Shown piece after piece: positions 26,260 through 38,419 of a stretch of 64,000 nt of DNA. The DNA is from Octopus vulgaris. Lineage: Eukaryota. A program made the position numbers and the translations under genes. How positions within the stretch are numbered: the first letter of the stretch is position 1; each line of letters starts with the position of its first letter. The stretch covers positions 10,602,001 through 10,666,000 of the forward strand of contig OX597816.1 of the NCBI GenBank assembly GCA_951406725.2, read 5' to 3'. Under the pieces are notes generated by a model. That model ran no database searches. It saw only the letters and a program-made list of their open reading frames with translations, and was not told the DNA's origin.

Positions 26260-26660
26260 AAGACTTGTGTTATATGGTTAAAGAATATATTTAAGTCGTC
26301 ATGTTAGAAAAATATTATAAAATTTTGTGTATAGTAACATTATTTTTGTAGAAATAACCGGTTTCGTATTTTCTCCTCAAATTTCTATACCGATATTGTA
26401 TCATTTCTTCGCTGTGATTAGTTGCAGACGGGAAAGGTAATCAGGTACTATTTTCGGTATAAGGGAAATAATAAAAATTGTTGGGAATGACTAGATTTTA
26501 TTAATTTAACACGATTTGGTTTAGAAAAAATAGAATGTTAGAAGTGGTTAAGTTTTGCTTTATATTTTTTTCGATGAAGTAAGTTTCTTTATAGCATTTT
26601 TAAATAAGGAAATTTACCTCATATACATATATATAATCCGAAATTTATAGCATTAAATAT
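26260..26660 (-). mobile_element. Penelope-like 3' relic
   Basis: Minus translation YKETYFIEKNIKQNL resembles the GIY-YIG C-terminus, followed downstream by a hammerhead motif. Confidence 0.45.
26349..26387 (-). ncRNA. Minimal type-I hammerhead ribozyme-like motif
   Basis: Minus: TAGAAAT-TTGAGGA-gaaaatac-GAAAC-CG-GTT-ATTTCTA. 7-bp stem I, palindromic stem III (ACCGGT), C3->U. Confidence 0.6.
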
Positions 26661-27393
26661 CTATCATATCTCCCTGACTTCTAAGTCTCTTAGACGACTC
26701 ACACACACACACACACATATATATATGTGAATGTGTAGGAAATAAAGGAATTCTCGGACGTAGGATGGCTGTGAAGACAGCTTAGAAAATCAGTTATATC
26801 CCCATTAGAAGACGGAAAAAAGCGGTCAGCAGGTCTCTATTCAGAGAATCGAACCCTATACCCCTCATTCATTCATATACACACAACGCACCTCCATAAT
26901 AATAATAATAATAATAAAGTCTTTTATTATAATAATAAATTATTAATAATATTAATAGATGTGGTATAATTATCATCACTGAAGAAATTTGGAATTTTGA
27001 ATTGAACTGTAGAGCAAAGAAGACGAAAATCTTGTAGAACGATATAATGTTGTGGGAATGGCAGATGATGGTGTGCAGACTATAATTAACAAGCAGGTTA
27101 ATTAAGAGGTTCTACACAATAATCTTACTCACTGTAATGATTAGGAAGGGCCATTTACTGCTGAAGATGATGAACAATATTATTGCAATGGATTTTAATA
27201 CCTTTTTTTTTTTATATTTGAAATATTCAAGGTTTGATATGTAATTACGATAAAAAAAATTTAAAAAACCTGCGAGATTTCAATTGCTGACGAATTCATT
27301 TTCCCACAACAATATCTGTCATTTTCGTTCAGAGATTTTATATATATATACCCTTGAACTACCTTGAATGAATTAATGAGATCTATAGATATA

Positions 27394-28282
27394 CCGTAAA
27401 TCCTCGAGTATAATTCTTTCTTTTTATTCTTTTTACTTGTTTCAGTCATTTGACTGCGGCCATGCTGGAGCACCGCCTTTAGTCGAGCAAATCGACCCTG
27501 GGACTTATTTTTGTAAGCCCAGTACTTATTCTATCGGTCTCTTTTTGCCGAACCACTAAGTGACGGGGACGTAAGCACACCAACATCGGTTGTCAAGCAA
27601 TGCTAGGGGGACAAACACAGACACACAAACATATACACACACACTTATAATATATATATACATATATACGACAGGCTTCTTTCAGTTTCCGTCTACCAAG
27701 TCCACTCACAAGGCATTGGTCGGCCCGGGGTTTATAGCAGAAGACACTTGCCCAAGATGCCACGCAGTGGGACTGAACCCGGAACCATGTGCTTGGTTAG
27801 CAAGCTACTTACCACACAGCCACTCCTGCGCCTATAATCCGCATTTTTTCCCTAAAATTTAAAGGTCAAAATCCCTAGTGCGTACTATATACGAGGTTAA
27901 AAATGAAAAATAATTTCTAAGGAATGTCCGAGTCTCTATTTGCTGTCCAATGGTAATGTTTATTAAGCTAAGCCTGAAAGCAATGAAGTCATAAAAGAAT
28001 CATCCATAACTTGCAATAATTAACATTTATTAAACATTATTACTGTTATTTCTTTATTTTCTGCAAACAAAATGCACATAAAGCTACCCGTTTGCATTAT
28101 GTTATATATACAATAATAATTAAGGACGTTACCATATACATTTTTATAAACCAAGGATATTATATAGACCTCCCTGACTCAAGTTAGAGAAGGGGTGTGT
28201 ATTATACACAAGGTTTAGGTTTTTCAGAGGTACAGTCCCCTAAAAATCCCCTCAAGGGCGGACTATACTCAAGGATTTACGG
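27394..28282. mobile_element. TA-flanked pogo/Tc1-type MITE containing a nested SINE
   Basis: TIR CCGTAAATCCTCGAGTATA / TATACTCAAGGATTTACGG, TA on both sides. Confidence 0.85.
27415..27832 (-). mobile_element. Full-length SINE family A
   Basis: ggcgcaggagtggctgtgtggtaag head; TSD tataat at 27409-27414 and 27833-27838. Confidence 0.9.
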
Positions 28283-28856
28283 TAGAACTAATATACAATA
28301 CAGTACTGTGATGTAACTGTGACGAAAGTGTAGTAAGAATTTCTTCTAAAAGTGTGATTTTTTATTACCCACAAAGGGCGCACACGGACGGGACAATACA
28401 AGACATCTGGGGACGTATAACAATTAAAAAAATTTTAATGATAAATATAAATGACTATGAAAATGATAAATGAAAATGTGTTACCTACCTAATCTCAGCA
28501 GCACCATTTACTTCCTTTTAAATCCAGTTCAAATTAATTCCATATCGTTCTTCAAGTTCCTCATTTTTTTATACCGTTCGACACCTCCCTTTATGTTACA
28601 TAACACCTTTCTATATTCAACACCTTCCTTATAATCCTCTTAACCGACATTCCGGCACCAACTTATGACCGTTTTCCTTTTCTTTCTCTTTTATCTTTAC
28701 GAATTTCGTGTCCTTCCATCTTTCCTACAAATTCCATGTTTAATCCTTCGATTAAAACTCAAGCATAATAAGTGGGAGGGGAGGTTTGTGATTTTTTGTA
28801 TGTTTGTGTTACTTTCTTTTTCTTTTTTGTGTCGGTGGGGAATGGGTGGAGGTAAG

Positions 28857-29412
28857 ACTTCCGCCCGCCTTCCCGCCAAAACCAGCCTTAAAATTTTTTT
28901 TTTTTGGTTTTCGACACAGCCCCACCCACTTTCGGCTATGGGGAATACAAATCTGCAAAAAAATTGGCAAAAATAGGCATTTTAAAATTATCCCCCCCCC
29001 CTTCACCTCATTCCCTTCATTTTTTACTTTTTTCAGAATTTTTTTTTTTCAAAATATGCGAAAAAATACGGAAATTATGATTCTGAAAAATTTTTCGAAA
29101 ATTTGGTAAAATGTTTTTTGCAGAATTTTTTTTTTTTTTCTAAATATGCAAAAAATACCGACATTGGGATTTGGACGAAAATTTCAAAACATTTCTGTAG
29201 CTACGCTTAGGGTTTTAGGTTAGGGCTAGAGTTTTAGGGTATATGTTGGGGGAAAAAGTCAAAATTGAAGAATTGGGAGTGGGGGCGGAATTTAACAATG
29301 CCGATTTTTGGCAATTTTCCGGAACCTTTGTATCCGAAAACAGGGTTTTTTGGCAAAAAAAAAATTTAATAAACAAATTTGGGAGAAAATAGGGGTGGGG
29401 ATGGGCGGAAGT
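28857..29412. mobile_element. Foldback MITE-like insert with central TTAGGG-like tract
   Basis: Termini acttccgccc/gggcggaagt; inner inverted match 28956-29035 vs 29248-29318; ttagggttttaggttagggctagagttttagggt at 29207-29240. Confidence 0.55.
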
Positions 29413-29544
29413 TTTTCTTGGATGGGTCTGGTGTCGGCAGGGGGGGGGTGGAGTTGAAAAGGTATAGGTGGGATGGGTACGGATTGGGGTTCACACTGAC
29501 TTTCCTTCTACCAGCGACCTTCCATGTTTCTTCTTCGTTCGTTT

Positions 29545-30338
29545 CTATCCTTTGTCTACCTTCTCCGACTCTTTCTCGGCTTTCTTGTTGTTTTTTAGAG
29601 GGCAGTCTGCTCTAATGTGGCCCTTTTGGCCACATTTAAAGCATCGAGGGATTCTGCCCTCTACCGAAACTCTGAGCACCACTTTTCCTACCGACACTGT
29701 TTCCACCATCTTTTCCAAGAACTCTACTGTACTTTGCACCATTACGTCCAGTACCATTCCTCGCCAATTGGCGGCCTTCGTCTCTGCAGCTTGGAGCACG
29801 GTTACTTCTTTTTCACTTCCTAGAAGCACCACCGCTGCTGCCATCCAAGCCACCCTTATATCAGAGGGATATTCCCTCCACCTTGACCCTGGAAGTTCTT
29901 CCAAGATACGTGGGTAGGAGGATCACTCTTTCCGTCTTCAATGGGTTTGCTGAATATTCCCTCGCCTTTTCCTTATTTTTAAAATGCACATCGACAGTGC
30001 CATATCGGCTTCTTCTGGCAAGATATGTTATTTCTCGCCAGATTGGCCTCAAAGCCTTTTCTTTCACTTCCGTAGGTTCATTTTCGATATTTTTTCTTTA
30101 ATTGAATAAAAATATTCTTTTATTAAAAAAATTTCAAACAGATTTTAGGGATCTTTATCGTAACAAAGGTAATCACTCAAATATGATGGATCCAAATAAA
30201 TAGGTTTACCTCTTTTTTAGAAACCCCTGTCGCCTCTGCCAAACATTTCTTCTTTAGGCACTTGTCCATTACTTCTACTACTCTCACAAGCTCCTCGGAT
30301 GACAATAATTCTGACCCGTTTAGGTCTGAATAGAACAT
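29545..30338 (-). pseudogene. Non-LTR ORF1-like protein (L1/Tx1-like, CCHC zinc knuckle), frameshifted
   Basis: ORFs 29861-30067 and 29545-29904 join by frameshift: RYGTVDVHF...RVKVEGI/PSDI...PRCFKCGQKGHIRADCP. Confidence 0.7.
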
Positions 30339-30704
30339 ATTATTCGTTAAAGATTTAGCCTTCTCTCTTCAAATGTTGAGGGACAGCACAGATAAACAAA
30401 CCGCTGCAAAGCAGCACAAAACGTTCAAATATGACAGAAAAAACACCAGCACACAGCTTATGATTTCATGAGTGAGACGTAGAAAGGTAGCAAGAATATT
30501 CAGTTATCGAATCCGGATCACTCTATCCAATGCAGCAAAAAAAAAAAAAAATTTAAAAAAACCTTCTAGAATACGATCGCGGTTCACGAGATTTTTTTAT
30601 TTATTTATGCGCCCTTTTCAGGCCTAGCCAGGTTCATGGGCCCGGTTTCCGTGGCGTATGTATTATCCCCAGCTGGACGGGACGCCAGTCAATCGCCGGA
30701 TACT

Positions 30705-30822
30705 TGGGGAGCTTTAGGTGTTTTCGCTCAATAAACACACACAACGCCCGGTCTGGGAATCGAAACCACGATCCTCCGACCGCGAGTCCGCTGCATTAAC
30801 CACTGGGCCATTGCGCCTCCAC
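30705..30822 (-). mobile_element. tRNA-derived SINE family C head
   Basis: gtggaggcgcaatggcccagtggtt...gtttcgattcccagaccgggcg; homolog at 41496-41600. Confidence 0.75.
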
Positions 30823-31605
30823 TCACTAGAATATTACCAAAGTCATAAAAAATTCGACTATTCATGTAGAAACGGGTCTAAAAGCAGTTTCATCTTTGGC
30901 ACACTCTATCTGAGCAAGACCACTACTATATATTCAGCAGGCACCAGACCGGACACAGAAGGTGGCAGTCAGCAGGTGGTAGGAAAAGCAAAAGCTGTCC
31001 AGAGCACTGTCATTATACCCTTATTAATATTTTCGTCTGCCACTGCAATGATCTGAGTTCAAATTCTGCCACGGTCGACTTTGCCTTTCATCCTTTCGGG
31101 GTCGATTAAATAAGTACCAGTTATGCACTGGGGTCGTAGTAACAACATTTTTTTTGTTTACAATAAAAATATTCTTTTATAAAAAAAAATTTCAAACAGA
31201 TTTTAGGGATCTTTATCGCAACAAAGATAATCAATCGAATATGATAGATGCAAATAAACAGCAAGTGTTATTATTATCCGGGGCGAGCTGGCAAAATCGT
31301 TTGGGGCAGAATGATTTAACATTTTCCCTTCTGATTCTTTAAGTGCTGGTTTCAAATTTCGATGCGGTCAACTTTGCATTATGTATCTCTCGGAGCGATA
31401 ACACAAAATACTAATTTAGTATTAGGGACTAACAGAATAGATTGCTTCCCCCAACTTGCAAGCTTTTTGCCGAAATAAGGTCCTATTAACTTAGAAGGAC
31501 GTAAAAGATTGCATAATTCTTAGTATTTTAATGTGTACAGCTGGTAATTTTTGGTACCATTACAGTTGATTTTCTCTTTAGTTTATTCATTCAAAAGATC
31601 TTTTG

Positions 31606-31900
31606 GGTACTATTTAAGAAGAGTGGTCCCGGTGCGCGCACTCGTGTAGTCGCGCATGCGCGCTACCCAGCCGTGACTAGTCGATCCTTACTTTGTGTTT
31701 TTGTATTTTATTTATTTTGTTTAGAAAAATTATTTACTTTGCTTTAAAAAAATTATTTACTTTGTGTAAAAAAAATATTTATTTTGTGTTTTATTTACTT
31801 TGCTAGGAAGTCGTTGTAGGATCAACTAGTCACGACTAGCTAGGGTGGATGCGCGACAACGCGAGTGCGCGCACCGGGACCACTCTTCTTAAGTAGTACC
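31606..31900. mobile_element. Merlin-type MITE, second copy
   Basis: Same TIRs; 9-bp TSD gatcttttg/gattttttg. Confidence 0.85.
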
Positions 31901-32104
31901 GATTTTTTGATCATTCTGATACAATTCTTAGTTTTAGTTGATTTTCAAACGACCAATAAAGTCTTGTTTCAAACTTCGTGTAAAATCTTCGAGTTTGATA
32001 TGAATTTTGTACCGTAGACATAGTCCTCACTTACTTCTCGTGTGTTTATAAAAGAAAACAAGAGTTATATCAAGGGAACTCACTCTCATTATTACCCTTA
32101 TTAA

Positions 32105-32280
32105 TATTTTCGTCTGCCACTGCGATCTGAGTTCAAATTCCGCCAAGGTCGACTTTGCCTTTCAGGGTCGATTAAATAAGTACCAGTTATGCGCTGGGGT
32201 CGATGTAATCGGCTTAATCCCTTTGTCTGTCCTTGTTTGTCCCCTCTATGTTTAGCCCCTTGTCGGCAATAAAGAAATAA
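32105..32280 (+). mobile_element. SINE family B with alternative tail
   Basis: ...tttgtctgtccttgtttgtcccctctatgtttagccccttgtcggcaataaagaaata. Confidence 0.75.
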
Positions 32281-33729
32281 ATATAATATACGAGTTAGTA
32301 TGCGCACCATCGTATGCGTGTGTTATCTTTTATTTGTTTCATTCGTTGGACCGCAGCCCATGCTGGGGCACCGATCTTGGAATGTTTTAGTTGAACAAAT
32401 CGACTCCAGTACCTACTCTTTTTTAAAGACTAGTGTTTATTCTATCGTGTTCTTTTACTGAACCACTATGTTATGGGAAGGTAAACAAACCAGCACCGGT
32501 TGACAAGTGGAGAGTTGGTGTTAAAGACAGATACTAAGACACACACACACATTCACGTGTGTATAATATGCACAAGGGGATTCCACACACATTCTGTCAA
32601 CCAAATTCACTTACAACGCAGTGGTCGGCCCGGGGCCACAATAAAGTTTTCTTGTCGAAGATACGTCTCGCTTTTATCCTTCAAAACGTAGAGTAGATGA
32701 AAGCGAGCTACTTAATCTCACACACACACACACAGTTATTTACTTATGTCTCTCCTTTAATCCTTTATTCTATGCCACTTTAGTTAGTTTTGCCCAGCTC
32801 AGTTTTCAATAAGTAATATAGAAATTTAAATGTAATAAAATGCTTTAAAAGAAGTTTAAAATGCCTACATGATAATTATATTAATATATATGCATATGTT
32901 TTATTTTATTTATTAATATATTATATATATATATATATACTGATATATATGTGCATGCATTTGTGCATATGTATGGATATGCCTACACATATACATGCAA
33001 ACATCTCCATGCATACACATATAAGACCAACCCACCTACTTACCTACATATCTGTCAATACATATGTAAATATATACGTACATCAATACACACACACACA
33101 CACACACACACGAATTTGTATAATTTTAGAGGGGGTTTTGTAGATATTAAGCATTCTGCATGAAGTGGATTCAATGATTTGCCATACTTATGTATGAATA
33201 TATGATATTCATGACCCCCACCCAAAGATATCCGAACATTGTTTTTTCTGCTTGTTCCTTATAAAATACTTTATGCTCCTCTGCATAAAGATTTTCTAAA
33301 TATATGCGTTTACATGATGTTACAAAAATTGGGACATAAATTTGAATTTTAAACAGAGCTTACACATTTATATGTATGTGTGTACATACATGTATATTGT
33401 GCACACATACATACACATACGCATATATACATCTGTGTGTGTGTAGATGGGTGCATACGTGCATTAGAATGATCAGAAAACCAAATACTGTTGTTTCAAA
33501 TACATTTAATACGCACATTTCAAGTGGTTATATAACAAATTCTTATTTACATAATCTTCTCTTCTCTTTTTGCAAGTGATGCATCACGGCTGATTCAAAT
33601 TTACTGCAATTAATTTTGGTATTATTCTAATATTATATGACTCATGTTTATAACAATCTATATCCTGTCTCTGCTTGGATAATATATTGTAACACAACAC
33701 TGGTACAGAAATGGCATATTGAGCTGGAT

Positions 33730-33806
33730 AGTAGTAGTAGTAGTAGTAGTAGTAATGGTGGTGGTGGTGGTGGTGGTGGTGGTGGTAATAGTAGTAGTTG
33801 TAGTAA

Positions 33807-33884
<78 letters not shown>

Positions 33885-34010
33885 AAATAGTAGTAGAGGT
33901 AGTAATAGTAGTAGTAAAATAATGGTAGTTGTAGTAGTAGTAGAAATAGTAGTAGTAGTAGTCATGGTAGAATTAGTAGCAGGAGTAGTTGTATTGGTAG
34001 CAGTAGAAGT
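33730..34010. repeat. (GTA)n/(GGT)n trinucleotide microsatellite
   Basis: Directly visible. Confidence 0.95.
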
Positions 34011-34341
34011 ATGAAGGCATGTGCTTTAACAACACGTTGCTGCAGCCACAATTTGTATGTGGTTCTCTACTGCTGGCTGACGATACCTTTGCACAACTCA
34101 GGCAACAACCCTCAAATCCACGATTCCATTTAGGTAGTCATTGCCAGTGAGGGTTTTACGAGCTCGGGGTGCAAATCCTACCTCAACTATTACGACACAG
34201 AGAGGAAAGGCTTGATCTATACTTTGACATGCCGGGCCCCACACAGCACTGGATCTAAATGGTGAATTGTAAATATCTGGTATATTGTATTTTATTAAGG
34301 CATACTCACAAACACACACACATATACACACAATTACACAA

Positions 34342-34640
34342 GAAGGTGCATGGCTCATTGATTAGAGCATCAGGGTTACAATTGTGAGGTAGTGAGTTTG
34401 GTTCCCGGACAGGGCTGTGTTTTGTGTTCTTGAGCAAGACACTTTATTCCACGTTGCTCCAGTTCCCTCAGCTGTAGAGATGAATTGTGACATCCCTGGT
34501 GCCAAGCTGTATCGGCCCCTTTGTATTTCTGTTGGAGAGGGGAGACTGGTATGCATTGAAAACAAGTCTTCCGCAAATAAACCTGCCTGGACTTGTGCCT
34601 CAAAGGAGAACTTTCTTGGTGCAATCCGATGGTCACACGT
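34342..34640 (+). mobile_element. SINE family D-related
   Basis: gaaggtgcatggctc...gttcttgagcaagacactttattccacgttgctccag. Confidence 0.65.
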
Positions 34641-34652
34641 GCACATGAGCAC

Positions 34653-34693
<41 letters not shown>

Positions 34694-35719
34694 CAGAATG
34701 TCTTTGGTAGTGTACAGATTAAAGTATATTGGCAATAAAAATAATAACAAGAGCAATCAGAGAGTGCAAACCTCTGCTAAGGCAACACCAACAATTAGCT
34801 GGATTTAAAAATGGGAATTTCTGAAATAAACTCTTGGGTTAAGTTGGTGATTTGGCTGAATCGTTAGATCACCGGGCAAAATGCTTAGCAGCATTTCGTC
34901 CGTCTTTACATTCTGAGTTCAAATCACATCAAGGTCAATTTATGCCTTTCATCCCATCTGTGTTGATAAAATAACTACAATTCTAGTACTGGGGGTCGAT
35001 GTAATCGATTAGGGCACTTCCCTGAAATTGCTGGCCTTGTGCTAAAATTTGAAACCGATATACTCTTTGGTTCTCAGCACAAAAGACTGAAGAGAGAATG
35101 ACCACAGCTGGAATATATTTGATCAGTCTTCTTGATCAGAGCTGAATAGCTGAGGTTAAACAACATCAACAAATACCACTCAGAAACAGAGTAGAAACCA
35201 TATTTTATTATAAGAAAAATGACAACAACAAAACAGCCGTGTCCTGTCCTCATAAGCGTTGCCAACATTCAGAAGACAACAGCTGATGCTTTTAAAACAA
35301 CAATAGTCTCATGCATGACTTTTAAAATCTATAGGTCAAGTGGAATGTGACGTCAAACCGGAGCAGGCAGAAACAATGGACAATTTTCATTCATATCTGG
35401 AGAGCACATAACAGAAATTTTGAAATTAATTCTGTGTGTTGAATACACAAAACACAGATATTTTTATGTGAAACACTTTTGTATTTAGGACAGTGATGGA
35501 ATCTCTATATAGGACATGCAATCTGCAAGAGCTAGCAGCTAAATCTCTCTCAAAATCATATTCTAAAGTCTTAAATGGGAGAAGGCATGGCTATGTGATT
35601 ATAAGGTTTGCTTCTTAAGTACGGCTTCTAGGGTAAGTATATTCTGCTGTAACCCCCTGTTGACCAATGCCTTGTGAAGGAATGAATTTGGTAGTCGGAA
35701 CCTGTGAGAAGCCCATCAC

Positions 35720-35884
35720 ATACATACGTACATACATAGATGTATATACATATGCACACATGCACACACATACCCATATACATACATATATACAGATACA
35801 GATATATACATACACAAACACATGCATATACATATGCACACAAAGACACACATATATGTCTATACATATACACACATACATATG

Positions 35885-35918
<34 letters not shown>

Positions 35919-36130
35919 TAGACATACGTAGACATATATACACACATATATACACACACATAGACATACACACGCACATATATATATACATATACACGCA
36001 TATATACACACATGCATACATTCACGCATATATATATATACATACATATGCACACACACACATATATACAGACATGCCCACATATATGTCCATATACACT
36101 CACGTATATATATGCATATACACATACACA
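35720..36130. repeat. Degenerate (CA/TA) microsatellite
   Basis: Directly visible. Confidence 0.9.
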
Positions 36131-36419
36131 GACTGAGCTATAGAGTAGCACGATACTAAATGATTGTGGTACAGGAAGTGAATAAATATGAAGCACGTAC
36201 ACAGCTTGTATGGATGACAAGAAGTGAATTAATATATGATGAAGAAATTTTGATAACTGACGTATGTTATGTATTTCGTCCCATTTTACAATAGATGGAA
36301 ATTTCAATAGGTTGAGAGCCACCATACAACTCACAGTTTAGTAATGAAAATTGCCCATGATGTGAATATAAAACAAAGAGTGTAAGGAATGGAAAAGTTA
36401 AATAAAGACTACAGCACAA

Positions 36420-36921
36420 TTCGAGCATGATTGTTAATAGTGTCGCCTTACTGGCACTTGTGCTGGTGGCATATTAAAGAACATTTGAGCGAGGTCATTG
36501 CCAGTGCATCTGGACTAGTTCCTGTGCAGGTGGCACTTAAAAAACACCATTTGAGCATGGCTGTTGCCAGTACTACCCTCATGCCGGTGGCACTTTAAAA
36601 GCACCCACTACTCTCTCAGAGTGGTTGGCATTAGGAAGGGCACTTAGCTGTAGAATCTCTGCCAGATCAGATTGGAGCCTGGTGCAACCATCTGGTTCAC
36701 TTGTCCTCTGTCAAATCGTCCAACCCATGCTAGCATGAAAAGCGGACGTTAAATGATGATGATGATGAATGATGATGACAATGATGATGATGATGTTGAT
36801 GATATGCTTCAAAGCTAAGCTTAATATGTAAATTCTTTTTGTATGTGTTACGAGTTATGTAAGACATAAGTTTAACTTTAAAACATATGTAATCTGCATT
36901 TACCTTTTCCAGTACTTGCCT

Positions 36922-36959
<38 letters not shown>

Positions 36960-37205
36960 TCATCATCATCATCATCGTTTAGCGTCCGCTTTCCATGCTG
37001 GCATGGGTTGGACGGTTCAACTGGGGTCTGGGAAGCCAGAAGGCTGCACCAGGCCCAGTTTGATCTGGCCATGTTTCTACGGCTGGATGCCCTTCCTAAC
37101 GCCAACCACTCCATGAGTGTAGTGGGTGCTTTTTACGTGCCACTGGCACAGGTGCCAAACAAGGCTGGCAAACGACTACGATCGGATGGTGCTTTTTACG
37201 TGCCA
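36420..37205. mobile_element. Tail-to-tail pair of (GAT)n-tailed RTE 3' UTR repeats (36420-36775 +, 36957-37205 -)
   Basis: Family matches in opposite orientation. Confidence 0.8.
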
Positions 37206-37522
37206 ATGCACACACATATATATGATAATATTTATGACCATACCTAGCCATGAGCTGTCAACTCACTCTTGTCCTTTATTCAAACTAGACACAGTCTTCT
37301 AGTCTTAGATTTAGTAGTTGATAAAGAGATAAATGAATTAGATGTGAATTACAGTCCCTTACAACACTAAGACCCCAATAGGCTTCATGTGATTCTTTGG
37401 AAGTGTAGTCTGTTCTTAGCTACAACAGTGGCAACATTAATTTCTTCCATCTTCTTGCTCTGTTAAAATATTTGAGAAAAATTATATTAATGTGTCTTAT
37501 TAAAATTCTATTTATCTATTTG

Positions 37523-37609
37523 TGCTGCTGAAGATGGCACTACATTTAAATTTATATAATGAATTGCACTGTTCAGTTAAAAGGAGTTGCTTGAAACGGT
37601 TGTACAGCA
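37523..37609 (+). ncRNA. Type-I hammerhead-like motif with long loop II
   Basis: TGCTG-CTGAAGA-tggcac...ttgctt-GAAAC-ggtt-GTA-CAGCA; 5-bp stem I, weak stem II. Confidence 0.45.
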
Positions 37610-37654
37610 TCACTACTTGATATCCTGTTGCTTATTTTGATTTTATTCATATAT

Positions 37655-37882
37655 ATTTCTTTATTGCCCACAAGGGGTTAAACTTAGAGGGGACAAACAA
37701 GGACAGACAAAGGGATTAAGTCGATTACATCGACCCCAGTGCGAAACTGGTACTTTATCTATCGACCCCGAAAGGATGAAAGGTAAAGTCGACCTCGGCG
37801 GAATTTGAACTCAGAACGTAACGACAGACGAAATACCGCTAAGCATTTCACCTGGCGCACTAACGAGTCTGCCAATGCCGCC
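37655..37882 (-). mobile_element. Full SINE family B with alternative tail
   Basis: Family match. Confidence 0.85.
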
Positions 37883-38419
37883 TTTTTATTCATATATATG
37901 TATGTATGTATATATGTATGTATGTATATATGTATGTATGTGTGTGTGTTTGTTCATGTAAGTATATTTGTGTTCATCCCTGCCCCCACCGCTCGGCAAC
38001 TGATGGTTTGTTTATCTCACTGTAACTTAGTAGTTTGGCAAAAAAAACTGATAGAATAAGTAAGTACTAGACTTAAGATAAATACTGTTCAACCAACAAC
38101 ACAAGGCAGTTCATTTGTATGACCGCAGTTCAATGACTCAAACATTAAAAGAACAAATTCAGAAAACAGAAAAGACATCGAATAATGTTGTCTAGCAAAC
38201 AATATAAAACGACAGGATTCCTTCGGCTGGGGACACCTTTGATCATGTGTCTGCTTAATCAGATGTTGCCAAGGGATCAAAAATAACAATTCAAGTTTTA
38301 CTATTTCAATACGGGCAATACAAAGGATGAAATCAATATATCCAAGAAATTTTGCATTTAAAAAGAGAAGGAAAACAGTCACGTTTTCAACGGCCTTACA
38401 CTTTCACATGCAATTCACT

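Larger units (their letters stand above)
28358..30540 (-). mobile_element. Retroelement relic with gag/ORF1-like gene, no RT visible
   Basis: CCHC ORF; 3' end gccctttgtgggtaataaaaaa. Confidence 0.6.

Noticed and set aside
29207-29240. True telomere or fusion site
   Set aside because: Only a few degenerate TTAGGG units, inside a foldback element.
30740-30822. tRNA gene
   Set aside because: A/B boxes are present but there is no acceptor stem and the sequence continues into a SINE body; the same applies to the other SINE heads.
35348-35355. CRE palindrome TGACGTCA (also 11703-11710)
   Set aside because: An 8-mer is expected by chance in 64 kb, and there is no promoter context.
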